Shown: piece after piece, positions 1 to 12,872 of the stretch
How the letters are laid out: each line of letters opens with the position of its first letter
How positions within the stretch are numbered: position 1 is the stretch's first letter
Assembly: GCF_006345805.1 (NCBI RefSeq)
Contig: NC_042998.1
Coordinates: 147,064,001-147,128,000, forward strand
Length of the DNA stretch: 64,000 nt
Direction: 5' to 3'
DNA from: Octopus sinensis
Lineage: Eukaryota
The notes under the pieces: generated by a model
Told to the model about the DNA's origin: nothing
Databases searched by the model: none
What the model saw: the letters and a program-made list of their open reading frames with translations, nothing else
Made by a program: the position numbers and the translations under genes

Positions 1-64
1 GATAAAACAATGTACATGATAACATTTCCAATCAGTTAAGATCAAAAGCCATGAAAACCACTAC
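1..64 (-). mobile_element. Terminal fragment of the ~555 bp ATT-associated element (cut by window edge)
   Basis: acaatgtacatgataacatttccaatcagttaagatcaaaagccatga matches the right end of copies at 56573-57127 and 57301-57852; followed by (TCA)n/(TCT)n/(ATT)n. Confidence 0.85.
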
Positions 65-360
<296 letters not shown>

Positions 361-1057
361 GTGTGAGCTTGAAAATTTTAATGGAAGGTTATAATTTACA
401 CCACTTTAAAATAGTAAGTCTGTATTTGGATCACGGATAGTTTCAAGCAGGGTGGAATCAAAAAAGGACTATGATTTCATTGTCATGAATAGTATTGAAA
501 GTAGCAATCAGCGTGGTAGGGCCCACAACAGCTTCTAGCTCTACTTATGTCAATAATTCACATCTATACGTCAAACAGAAAAAGACAATATTCCTGCTCT
601 TTATACAACTGATCTGTACCACCATATCTAGTAGCAGTCACATAATCTTACACCATCCCTTAGACGCGTACATATTGGATTGTTGCCGAGGGGTTATGAA
701 TCATGTAACATGGCGGCTTGTGTGCTGTGACACAACTCGGCTGACTGCGATTTTAGATCTTAGAAGTTTTCCAGTTACGATTTTAATATTATTTATGGAC
801 TGGAGTGTTACTCGTCATATGACAGGTAACCTTGTAAGTATATCCTTTTATAATCATTGCTAATATTAGGAAATATTGCATACTTACAATAATTATAATT
901 TAACTTTTATCAAATTTCTTTGTGGTAAGCAATATTCATTTTCAAAAGAAAAAGTATTATTTATTACCTTAAAATAAAATTAAGTAAAGCATATTTCTCA
1001 TTTGTATATTTTGAATAAATACATGTCATTATTTTTCTAAATTATATCAACATAATA

Positions 1058-1240
1058 GGCGCAGGCTTGGCTGTGTGGTAAGAAGCTTGCTTCCGAACCA
1101 CATTGTTCCGCGTTCAGTTCCATTGTGTAACATCCTAGGAACGTGCCTTCTGCTATAGACTCAGGCCGACCAAAGCCTTGCGAGTAGATTTAGTAGACGG
1201 AAACTGGAAGAATCCCGTTGTATCTCTTTCTCTGTTTACG

Positions 1241-1327
<87 letters not shown>

Positions 1328-1560
1328 GTACGTATATATATATCTATGTTTTTGTGCGTTCTTTGTGTCTTTCTTTTGTCCCCCACACACTGCTTACCAA
1401 CCGGTATTGGTGTGTTTACGTCCCGCAACCTATCGGTTCGGTAAAAGAGATCAGTCTTTAAAAAAAGTACTGAGGTCTATTTATTCGACTAAAAATTCTT
1501 CAAAGCGGTACCCCAGCATGGTCGCAGTCTAATGACTGAAGCAAGTAAAAGATAAAAAGA
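1058..1560 (+). mobile_element. tRNA-derived SINE family A with internal (TA)n
   Basis: Head GGCGCAGGCTTGGCTGTGTGGTAAGAAG (A-box-like) and GTTCAGTTCC (B-box-like); body and tail recur many times in the window. Confidence 0.85.
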
Positions 1561-3389
1561 TAATCATAATCTATTCCAATGAAAAACCTAGTGGACTAAC
1601 CAACCAACCAACCAACCAACCAACCAACCAAACAAACAAACAAACAACCAACATTTATATCGGTTATTTTTATATATAGGTAAGTACACACGGACGCACT
1701 CATTCAACCAGCTGCTATTCACATAAATTTAATTAATAGTCTGCTATTCAGAAATTTGATTAAACTCAGTTTCAGAACTATTTAGTATGATATTTTTTCA
1801 TTGGAATGTAAAAAGGCGGCAATTTTAGTTATTATGATAACTAAAACGACTTCTGTGATACAATTAACATACATAACTGCCTAACTGCTGAGCTGTTTTT
1901 CAACTAAATTTACTACAGACAAACCAATTTATTTTATTTGTCAACAACAGTGACATGGAATTTGTGTCTCTGGTATTGATGTTCGTATTTTCTCTTGGGC
2001 AAAACAATGCCTTTCAAATTGTTTCATCTTCGTTCATTGACAGAGGCTACATTTGTTTTCCGAAGGTTGATGTTTAAAGTTTGTGAATATTTATTTCTCG
2101 CAAGATTCCAACACTTTTATCCACTAAGTCGCAGTACTTTTTATTTTATTTAATCCACTAGCCAATATTTTTGAAAACAAATTTATATTGAATCAGTCAC
2201 AATATATTATTGGCACTTTACTGTATCTGCGTCGCATGATAAAATGATGTCGAATTCAGCTAAAGAATTTTAAAATTGGAGCAAAGACGGCTGGAACTAA
2301 ATACTGGAAGCTAGTTTGGTACAGTGTTTGGTACCTTACCAATTTAAGCGGTCGACGTTACTGTAACATATTTTAACAAAAAAAAATAGCAACAACAGCA
2401 ACCCTGAGACCTTCATTATTGGATTACATCGGATTATGCTTTATTACAAGGATTAGCGAAAGAAAAGATAATCGAGTGATTCCAAGTCAGAACTAAAATC
2501 TAATCGGAAACTCACTTACCAAGTTCTCGACATTAAAAGTAGTAACAATAATTTGTTATTCAGAGAAGTGATTGTCCCTATGGGTAAGAGTTATTTACAA
2601 TGCTTGTCAAACTGTATTTATACTCTGAGATCAAATAATCACAAAGCTGTTTTTGCTTTTCATTGATCTGAAATCGATAAAAACCAGGCAAATAATGGTG
2701 CCAAATTATTACACTATAACCCTCCTCTCCGCCTCTAATATTTTGGCTCAAAGCCAATCTCAGAAATTAATAATTTATTACACAAAATTAAAGGCTGAAT
2801 TTATTCAGAAAACGAGCAGTACGATGAAACGTTCATGCCTTTCGCACGAGCATTAGTGAAGTATGTGATGTGATTCCCAAAGCTTCGCAGTTGTATATAT
2901 TTTGGATTCTTTGTCTTGGCATATATGTTTGTATTATTTGGCAGGGGTCTGTTACCGGTGAATTGTAGAAATCATGGTATTCTACAGATCAATATTGGTG
3001 CAAGTAAAGAGAATTGGCTTCAACGAAGGATCGATACTGACTGTCAGGAAGCGACTTTGTAATTGTTCTCTGGCGAAAAATATCCGCAACACGAAACAAA
3101 CCTCTGGAAATAAATAACGAAAAATTATCAGATTTCAGAAACAGAATAGAAAGTATAAGAAGAAGAATGGGCAAGACAGCGTGAGAGACAGAAACAGAGA
3201 AAAACAGAGAGACGCACGGATAGATAGGAGACAAAAAGAAAGCCAGAGAGATTCAGTGAGAGAGAGAAAGAGAGAGGCAGAGGGAGGGAAGACAATTTGA
3301 TTAGTTTTCAGTCGAAAGACACTTGTTTGTATTTGTAATTGTGTACCATGTTCTCCGTATTTTGTCCTTGTTGCCGTACACATTCGCTA

Positions 3390-3626
3390 GCTTTCTTACA
3401 AAAAATCTAATGTTCTTAGCTTAGACTTTTTGGTGGGCAACCAGGTCGAACTGTCTCAAGTGTAACTGCCCGAAACGGTAACGACATCTGGTAACTTGAC
3501 TGAAGAAAGAAGGCTACGAGTGATCCGTCCTTTTTTCCCTGTCCTTCTAATTGTTGTTTCTCCTGGCCGCCTTTGTATCGTCTATCTGTCCGTATGTTTT
3601 CTTGTCCTCTATTGCGTTTTTGTTCC

Positions 3627-3630
<4 letters not shown>
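3390..3630 (+). repeat. Dispersed repeat, probably a PLE terminal-repeat fragment
   Basis: gtccttctaattgttgtttctc...gtctatctgtccg recurs reverse-complemented at about 10630-10750. Confidence 0.5.
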
Positions 3631-3696
<66 letters not shown>

Positions 3697-4622
3697 GTAG
3701 AGAGTCTGCTCCATCAATCCTCTTTTTGTTCTCTTTTTTGATCTCTATGCTTTCATGCTTTAATAGGTTGATTGATATTGAATTTTCATGGAGGAAGAAA
3801 ATATCAACCAACTTTTAAAGGCCACCAGTAAACAAAACACACAAAATAAACAAATAAAACATCTAAATAGATGGATACCTAAATAAATAAATAAAAGGCA
3901 TTATTTGCTTGACACAGGAATTTTAGATGTTTATCTCGTGTCTGTTTTCTGTGTGGAAGCTATTACAATAAAGGCCTCTCATATTATCGTATATGCTATT
4001 AAAATATCCTATCATATTATGCCTTATTATCCCATATCATATCATCCCACATGTAGTATCTAGTTGTTTTTGACATCTCCTTTTACACACGTCAAATCTC
4101 TAGCCAGATGTTTTCAATTGAACCCCTCATTCGAACAACCAAACATATTTATTGTCCGTGTTAAAATTAGTTGAAACACTGCGTTCCGGCGAAAGATTGT
4201 TAGTTACTTTAGTATTCGGAGATTTTCTGCTCTAATTAACATCAACTTATTATCATTTATTTTTCTGTGTAATTTTAGAAACTTTGTTTAGCTGCTGTAT
4301 ATGTGTGTGTGCGTGTGCGTGTATGTGTATGTGTGTGCGTGCGTGTGCGTGTGTGTGTGAATGCGTGCGTGCGTGTGCGTGTTTGTAAATGCATACGTAT
4401 ATACCATATGTATATGCGAATATTCATCCACGCACGTATGTGTAAGAGTGTTTTATATGGATATAAATCTGTGTTTTTATATATGTATATGCTAAACTAC
4501 TGACAAAGCGAATATGATACATACATACGCGCACACACACATATACATGTGTTATACATACATACATACATACATACAGACATGCATACATACATACATA
4601 CATGCATACATGCATACATACA

Positions 4623-4713
<91 letters not shown>

Positions 4714-5199
4714 GCACACATACAATATATGTTTTTATGTGCTACTATTAGTTTCATGAGATGAAAGAATACTAGACAGTATTTTTTAGCATGTTCGGTG
4801 TCTCAGCACAATCTTCAGGCAGTGCACACATAACAAGCTAAAAATAGGACGATATGATGAAGGAAAAGCGAGAAAAGAGGAAGGCAAGAAAGAGGTAGAT
4901 ATAAAAAGTAGAAGGTTGAAAAACCAGAAAACGAGGAAGATAAAAAAATCACAAGTGGGTGAATTATGGTTATTTCCCCTTTGACCGTAAAATATAAGGC
5001 TGAAAAGATAGTAGCCTAGAGTCTGTGGTACAGCTTCTCAACCCAGAGAGGGTGGTACTTTCCAATTCGTCAGCAGGAATTTAGTCATATGCTTACAACC
5101 GCCAAAATTTCAGATCTAGAATTCAGCACTGTGGTAGAGTTCTTAGATCTGAAAGTGAATGGAACTTTGGCCAGGAAGAACTAATGTCATCAAGTGGTA

Positions 5200-5530
5200 T
5201 CCAGCGTTCATCATCTCTTGGCATCTAGCTTCTCTCTCTTACTCCATAACCAGCAAGAAGCTCTTTCTGCTGTCTCTCACATCCTGCGCTCATCCGCCCT
5301 TCACTTTTTTCCTCTCATACCGGCTGGGCAGGGAATTACCTGCAATCAACTTTGACAGGGAAAATCCATGACTGACATCCCTTCTCCTTGTAATCCAGTA
5401 GACAGCTTTGAATTAGGAAGCGTGATCACACCCTACTTTCGAAAGGGACTCGATCAAGATTATTTTCTTTGCTCAGGGTTGTATGGATGACATGGGGAAA
5501 CTGTAGTCTTCCCTCCAGTTCCACTTTCAT
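5200..5530 (-). mobile_element. Degenerate C-terminus of a HERO/NeSL-like RLE non-LTR retrotransposon
   Basis: Minus-strand frames give MKVELEGRLQFPHVIHTTL, KEKGCQSWIFPVKVDCR*FPAQ and AERASCWLWSKRE, with stops and frameshifts. Confidence 0.7.
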
Positions 5531-6699
5531 ATCCTATGCTTATTGAATTTATTACGCATGCTAGTCACCAGTATGAAAATTTTTCTAAATTTACTACCCT
5601 TATTATTTTCACAGTAAAATTTTCGTAATTTCAAAGCCTTTCTGGTATGCAGTTTTAATTTTTTATTATCATTTGCTGTCGAATTTGCTGCGCTTATGCG
5701 GTAGATTTGAAAATTATAATGTATAAGCATGCATCACGTGTGTTTTCGGTGCTATTTGCTGCATAAATATGCATTAATTTTAGCGACCTCACTGATGAAG
5801 TACAGATGGCAAATTAATTTATTGCACATTGATACAGAAACACGAGTTTGGGCTTAGACTACCCTGTCTGGCATGGAAAGTGTCCTGTCAAAGGTCACCT
5901 CTTTCGTGTATAAATACTTAAATTGTTTATACACTATTATATATGAAAATATGTTGTCTACTGACTTTATAACGCATGTTAGCCACCGGTATGAAAATTT
6001 TTCTGAATTTTCTACCCTTATTATTTTCACAGTATATATATATATATATATATATACATACACATATATGCTGGAATGCAACACCTACCCAGCTATAGGT
6101 TATTATAAGGCAAAGTGAAGTGGAGTGAAGATATGGCGAGATACTTATTTTTAAAAAGTCATCTGAAGAGGTGCATTCTACAACTGTGATGCATGACAAT
6201 TGATTATGCAGCATATCACCTATGTGCTACAGATTTATCAAAAGTATATCAGAAGTGACTCTTTTTGTTTATTCTTTCACTATATAGATTCATTATCATA
6301 GCTCCAGAAAATTATAAATTTTATGGAGATTCGTTGAGCCCTTTTGGTCAAAAATTACCTCGTTAATACTAATTTTGATGTACTATATGGAGTACTTGTG
6401 TCTTGTTATGAATATCAATGGTTTAAGAAGTTCTATTCGCAATCATTAAGACTTGGTTGCAATTATGATGCATAGGTTCTTGGGCAAATGTTATTTTTGA
6501 TAGCGTCGAGTTAACTCAAAACTGGACGGACGGGAACAGTAATGAGAACTTTTGGATGGATTGTAAGGGGATTTCAATAGATGCAGCTTAATAAAATTGC
6601 GTCACACTGATTCTGCCTGTCTGAGAATTATATTTAGGATAGGTATGTCTATGGAATATATATATATTCTTTTATTCCTTTATTCTTTTGCTTGTTGCA

Positions 6700-6930
6700 G
6701 TTATTTTGACTGCAGCCATGCAAATCGACCGCAAGACTTATTCTTTGTAAGCCTAGTACTTATTTTATCGGTCTCTTTTGCCGAACCTCTAACTTACAGG
6801 GACATAAATACACCTGCATTGGTTGTCAAGCAATGTTGAGGGGACAAACATAGACACACACATTTACATACACGCACGCACATATGTATATATACGACGG
6901 GCTTCTTTTAGTTTCCGTATACTAAATCCA
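6700..6930 (-). mobile_element. SINE family A, 5'-truncated, abutting the CR1-like LINE
   Basis: Reverse complement of body and tail of 1058-1560 and 51565-51930. Confidence 0.8.
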
Positions 6931-6944
6931 CAAATCTTTAAATC

Positions 6945-8305
6945 CTTAAAAATGTTTTAGCCCGAAGGCCGCGGCCATGCTGGGGCACCACCGCTGAATG
7001 AGCTACACTAATATGTGAATCCACCTCTGATACGTGGCACTTGATCAACAAGGGAGTTCGATGCTGCTGCCCGCATCTGCGTCTCCTATCGTGAGGTAGG
7101 TTCATCTGGGACTCCCGACAAGAAGTGATCCAGTTTTGTTTTAAAGAAACCCACATCCACACCATGTAAGTCTCTCAGGCATTTAGGGAGGATGTTAAAG
7201 AGCTGTTGTCCTCTGAAACCCAAGCTGTTGCAGTATCTGGACCTGTATTTTGATGGTGATGTTGGAATCTTTGGCACCATGCAGTGGCGCCCCGTTCTGC
7301 GGTTGTGGTAATTTTGAATGCCAAAGTTTGGGACAAGACCCTCCAGGATTTTCCAGATGTATATCACCGCATATCTCTCCCGCCTCCGCTCTAGGGAGAA
7401 GAGGTTTAATACTTTCAGTCTTTCCCAGTAGCTGATATTTTGCATTGAGACGATCTTCTTTGTGTAGCTTCTCTGAATTGCTTCGAGTTCTGCTGTTAGT
7501 TTTATATTGTGTGGTGACCATAGTTGGGAGCAGTAGTCCAAGCGGCTGAGGACGAATGTTTTCCATAGGACCATCAGTGTCTCCTTCTCTCTTGTTCTGA
7601 AAGTTCGGAGAATCCATCTAGCTAGCCGTCTGCATTTTATCACCAGATTAGTAATATGCACTTGGAAAGATGCATCATTGCTCATGACAATGCCCAGGTC
7701 ACGCACTGATTTTGACTCAGGGATTGCAATTCTTTCTGGGCCAGTGTATCCAGTATGCACGTCGTTTACTTTTGTGTGCCGGTAGCGAAGGGCCTAGAAC
7801 TTACTTGCATTAAACTGCATGTTGTTGTCCTCAGCCCACCTGTATATTGTATCGAACTCCTGTTGCAGATGCGCAATATTTTCAGGGTTTTGTATTGTGT
7901 GGGAGACTTTTTGTGTCATCTGCATAGCTAGCAAGGGTGGCCATCGTAGCAGCTGAAGGCATGTCTGAAAGGGCCACTATGAACATCAGTGGCCCCAAGA
8001 CAGTGCCCTGTGGAACACCGCTTGTTGTTTGTGTTTCCTTGGAGGTGGCTCCATTGCTCACAACTGCCTGTCTTCTGTCTTTTAGGAAGTTGTGCAGCCA
8101 CTCTCCAAGTTTCCCGCCTATGCCGAGACCACGCAGTTTGTGACAGATCATACCATGGTCGACTTTATCAAAGGCTTTTGCAAAGTCGAGATATATTACA
8201 TCCATATTTGAGCCATTTAGTAGCTGTTTCAACACCCAGTCATAGTGTTGCAGGAGCTGTGTTAGGCAGCTTCTACCTGGTCGAAATCCATGCTGGGTTA
8301 TTTTC
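6945..8305 (-). mobile_element. 5'-truncated CR1/L2/Jockey-group LINE: RT core, C-terminus and 3' tail
   Basis: ORFs 7882..8406 (HGFRPGRSCLTQLL, YLDFAKAFDKVDH, GVPQGTVLGPLMF, YADDTK) and 7086..7760 (VRDLGIVMS, SRLDYCSQLWSP); frameshifted. Confidence 0.92.
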
Positions 8306-8509
8306 TTCAAGGAAATGATAATAATAATGATGATGATGACGAAAAATAATATGTGTATATATATATATGAGTTAAACTTACTTGGAAATGAATGCGTGGC
8401 GTTCAATCATATAATAATATAAATAAAAAAAAATATATATGTATATACTTAGATATATATGTGTATATATATATACATACGCATATATATATATATATAT
8501 ATAATATAT

Positions 8510-8574
<65 letters not shown>

Positions 8575-8779
8575 ATATATATATATATTATATATATATG
8601 TATATATATATGTATATATATATACAATAAGAGGCTTCCAAATAAGGAAGCGTTGTGCTAGAACACAAAAAGGGATAAATTCATGAAAGGAATGAAAATT
8701 AAAAACATTTACCATCTCAACTATATCCCAGACCGACGGTTTCTAACTATTTTCAGCAAACAAACAAAATATATATTTG

Positions 8780-8915
8780 CCAAGGTCAGCTTCTTCAGTC
8801 GCTTAGCCAGCGGGGTGGCGTCATTTGAAGGCTAAAAAAACAATGCGAAGCGCATTGTGACCAGCGATGTGTAGCAACATCTGATAGACTGGTCGGTCAC
8901 GTTGATCACGGTGAT
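8780..8915 (+). mobile_element. 3' part of SINE family D
   Basis: cgcttagccagcggggtggcgtcatttgaaggct...ggtcggtcacgttgatcacg matches the reverse complement of 24580-24700. Confidence 0.8.
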
Positions 8916-8934
8916 ATATATATATATATAGTGA

Positions 8935-9270
8935 AGCCGCATGGCTCAGTGGTTAGAGCGTCGAGCTTACGATCGTGAGGTTGTGAGCTCGAATCCCGGA
9001 CCGGGCTGCGTGTTGTGTTCTTGAGCAAGGCACTTTATTTCACGTTGCTCCAGTTTACTCAGCTGTAGAAATGAGTTGCGACGTCACTGGTGCCAAGCTG
9101 TATCGACCTTTGTATTTCCCTTGGTTAACACTGGTGGCGTGGAGAGGGGAGGCTGGTATGCATGGGCGACTGCTGGTTTTCCATAAACAACCTCGCCCGG
9201 ACTTGTGTCTAGGAGGGTAACTTTCTAGGTGCAATCCCATGGTCTGTGTCGTGACCGAAGGGGGTCTCCG
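8935..9270 (+). mobile_element. tRNA-derived SINE family C with CORE-like central segment
   Basis: TGGCTCAGTGGTTAG A-box, GCTCGAATCCC B-box-like, then TTGAGCAAGGCACTTTATTTCACGTTGCTCCAGTTTACTCAGCTGTAGAAATGAG resembling the CORE domain. Confidence 0.8.
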
Positions 9271-9280
9271 ATATATATAT

Positions 9281-9590
9281 ATATATGCATGTATGGGTAC
9301 AAGACGTCACAAAACATAAACAACATAACAACATGAAATACGAAAACGACATGGATTACGTAACACTAAAGCTACATGAAATAAGAAGGCAAGTCTAGAT
9401 ATGCGAACAACGAGAGAAACAAAAGAAAACCAAGACAAGTAACATAAAGAACGACCCTTCATCAGGGTATGTTCGCATACCCAGACTTGCCTTCGTATTT
9501 CATGTTGCTTTCGTATTTCGTAATCCATGTCGTTTTCGTATTTCATGTTGTTTACGTCTTGTGACGTCCTGTACCCATATATGCATATAT
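9281..9590. repeat. Imperfect inverted repeat (arms about 9281-9409 and 9470-9590)
   Basis: atgcatgtatgggtacaagacgtcacaa...gaaatacgaaaacgacatggattacg versus cgtaatccatgtcgttttcgtatttc...ttgtgacgtcctgtacccatatatgcat. Confidence 0.85.
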
Positions 9591-9617
9591 ACATACATAC
9601 AGACATAGAGACATATA

Positions 9618-9683
<66 letters not shown>

Positions 9684-9878
9684 TGTGTATGTATATATGC
9701 ATATACACATGTTTTATTTATGCTGTTATTAGACATACACACACACACGCACACACACACACACGCGCGCGCACACACACGCACACACACACACACATAT
9801 ATATATATACATACCTCATTAGCGCTGACTGCATGCATGGACATATAATTCTTCTTCGTCATCATCATAATCATCATC

Positions 9879-9935
<57 letters not shown>

Positions 9936-10254
9936 GTTGTTGTTGTTGTTATTATTATTATTACCAACGGCGTTTGTTCCCATCTGCTTTTAGCAAGTTG
10001 TGATAAGGGTGAATTCCTGACATGTTGATCTCGTCTGCTACATCACGTCTTAAAGTTACTAAGAATTGTTGAACAAGGCGAGCTTTAACATGACCTAATA
10101 ACTGCAAAAGCATTGTCATTAAAGTCATTTATCACGTGATAATACTGAAATATTGGGATAGGTTTTAAAAAGAAATTTCTTCTCATTTCTGTTGTTGTTG
10201 CAGTTAATCTTCTTCTTCTTCTTCTTCTTCTTTCTTCTTCTTCTTCTTCTTCTT

Positions 10255-10334
<80 letters not shown>

Positions 10335-10760
10335 GGCGGTGAGCTGGCAGAATCGTTAGCCTGTCGGGTAAAATGCTTAACGGCATTTCGTCTGCCATTA
10401 CGTTCTGAGTTCAAATTCAGCCGATGGTCGACTTTGCCGTTCATCTTTTCGGGCTCGATAAATTAAGTACCAGTGAAACACTGGGCGTCTATGTAATTGA
10501 CTAGTCAGTCAACTCTAAACACATATGTGTGTATGTACATAGATATATGTATACATATACATACATCCATACACACACATATATAGATAGAAAGATAGAC
10601 AGATAGATATACAAATGTAGGTGTACATATATATGTACGTGTGTGGAACAAAAATGGAATAGAGGGCATTAAAACGTTCGGACAGATAGACAACACAGAG
10701 GTGGACAAGAGAAACAACAATTAGAAGGACAGGCTTTCTTTCATCAGTCAAGTAGAAAGG

Positions 10761-10833
<73 letters not shown>

Positions 10834-11210
10834 AGGTGAACTGGCAGAAACGTTAGCTATCGAACAAAATGCTTTGCAGTATTACTTTCGGCTCTTTTGC
10901 GTTCTGAATTCAAATACCATCGGAGTCAAGTGTACCTTTCATTATTCCGGGATCGATAGGATAAAGTACCAGTCACATACTGAAGATGATGTAATCAAAT
11001 AATTCTGTGTTCTAAAATTTCTGACCTTGTCCCTAAATCAGAAAACAAGAGTGTCGAGTTGTCAGAATCGTTTAAGATGGAAAAAAATAGCTTCCGGCAT
11101 TCTTTCCTACCTTGTATTCAATCCTCAACGAATTCAACTTTGCCTCTCATCCTTTCGCAGTCGATGAAATATATATTAGTTAAGTACTGAGGTTGATGTA
11201 AACTACTGAA
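10335..11210 (+). mobile_element. Head-to-tail cluster of three SINE family B copies separated by (ATT)n
   Basis: aggcggtgagctggcagaatcgttagc...gagttcaaattc heads at about 10335, 10830 and 11060 (last degenerate). Confidence 0.8.
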
Positions 11211-11211
11211 C

Positions 11212-11650
11212 CAGTGTTTCCCTATCTATTTTCCCCAGGCCCCACTATAACTTTCGAGAAAAATGCATGTCCCACCGGTGGTTGGAAAAAAACATTATTT
11301 TTAATATTTTATTACAATTATTTAATACAAAAGAATCTACCGGTAACTCTTTCATTAAATACTGAGCACAAAAAGAAGTGCATTATTGACTAAAAGAAAA
11401 AAAAGGCAAATCTCTTTAATGAAAACCTTGTGCCTGGCGACTACAGCAGATTTCCTTGATTCGTGGAGACAGTGTGCTTGGCTGGAGGTTTGGTTTGGCT
11501 TGGCTGGGTATAGGTGTAGCATTTTTGCTGTGAAAAAAAGATTTTCACAATTCCATGTCTCACTAGAAAAAAAAAATTGCATCCCACGCCTCACCACAGT
11601 TTTCCAAGGCCCAACCGGCGGGGCGTATGCTCCACGTTGGAAATCACTGG
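11212..11650. mobile_element. Non-autonomous hAT-like element (MITE)
   Basis: TIR-like ends CCAGTGTTTCC and GGAAATCACTGG; degenerate 8 bp flanks (tactgaac / gactaaaa). Confidence 0.55.
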
Positions 11651-11904
11651 ACTAAAACCTTTCCTCAAAATTGCTGGACGTGTATGGAGGTTCTACTTGA
11701 GAGAACATGCAAACATTTCATGGCCAACTTCCTTAAAAATCTACGAATGTACATAGAGTACCGCACGGTGGTTGCTTTTAAGTACTAGTACTTCATCTTA
11801 TGTGAATAACCACTGTAAGTAAAGCAGCAATCGCTAACACGGGGAAGCCAGCCACTATGTAGTTTATATGACCCTGAAGCCTCGACGCTGGTGACAACGT
11901 CTGT

Positions 11905-11936
<32 letters not shown>

Positions 11937-12707
11937 TGTATGTATGTATGTATGTATGTATGTATGTATGCATCATATGTGAATATATGTATATATTATA
12001 TGTGTGTATATCTGTATTTGTGTGTGTTCGCACGCGCACGTAATGTTATTAATGTACCTATTTAAAGTGCACGAGGTAAAACCATTAAGTGAGAACTCCA
12101 TATTTTCCACTACTTCTCCAAACCAGATGTCTTGCTGTTGGAATCAACCCGATACCATGTGGTTGGAAAGTGAGCTTCTTGGCCATATAACCATTCCTGC
12201 GCCTATAGCCATACCTACGCAATGTTTATAACAAAAATTGATTTCACTTGAGATTGGTAAGTGGGCGTGGCTCTCTGACGCCTAGAACTGAGTTACTTGT
12301 TAGGAAAAGCCGAGCTCATCCAACTTTTTAAAAATTTAACATTAAATAAAGTGATATTGATTTTTTTTTCGTACTAAGGCATAATGCCAGAAATTCAGGA
12401 GGAGGAAATTGCTGATTATATCGATACCAATACGTGATTGGTATTTTATTTTATTGATTTATCAACCCTGGAAGATGACCCAGAAGAATTTCAACTTTTT
12501 AAATTAAATTAATAATGATACAAAACAAAAAAAAAATGTCTGCTGTTTGTTCCATAGCATCCAACCATTTTATGCTGTGTTATTTACAAGGCATATTCCT
12601 ACACTGCCGATATTCCAACACATGGAGAAGAGAAGGGGTATTCCGGGAATAAAAGTTTGCGAATCCTTTGATATAACAAAATTTTAACTTCTGAAAAATC
12701 TACACGT

Positions 12708-12872
12708 AGGCGCAGACATGGCTATGTAGTAAGAAGCTTGCTTCCCAACCACATGGTTCCGGGTTCAGTCCCACTGCGTAGTACCTTGAGCAAGTGTCTT
12801 GTACTATAGCTTCGGGCCGACCAAAGCCTTGTGAATGGGTTCGGTAGATGGAAACTGAAAGAAGCCCATCGT
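12708..12872 (+). mobile_element. SINE family A head and body
   Basis: ggcgcagacatggctatgtagtaagaagcttgcttcccaaccacatggttccgggttcagtccc...gaaagaagcccatcg. Confidence 0.85.

Noticed and set aside
764-825. Possible exon KFSSYDFNIIYGLECYSSYD with donor CAG|GTAACC
   Set aside because: Weak acceptor, no recognised homology, no supporting neighbour exon.
3440-3485. GCCCGAAACGGT as a hammerhead
   Set aside because: No CUGANGA-like core or stem II in register.
8935-9005. tRNA genes at SINE heads (also 24800-24873, 48700-48776)
   Set aside because: A/B boxes are present but no complete cloverleaf or acceptor stem, and they run into SINE bodies.
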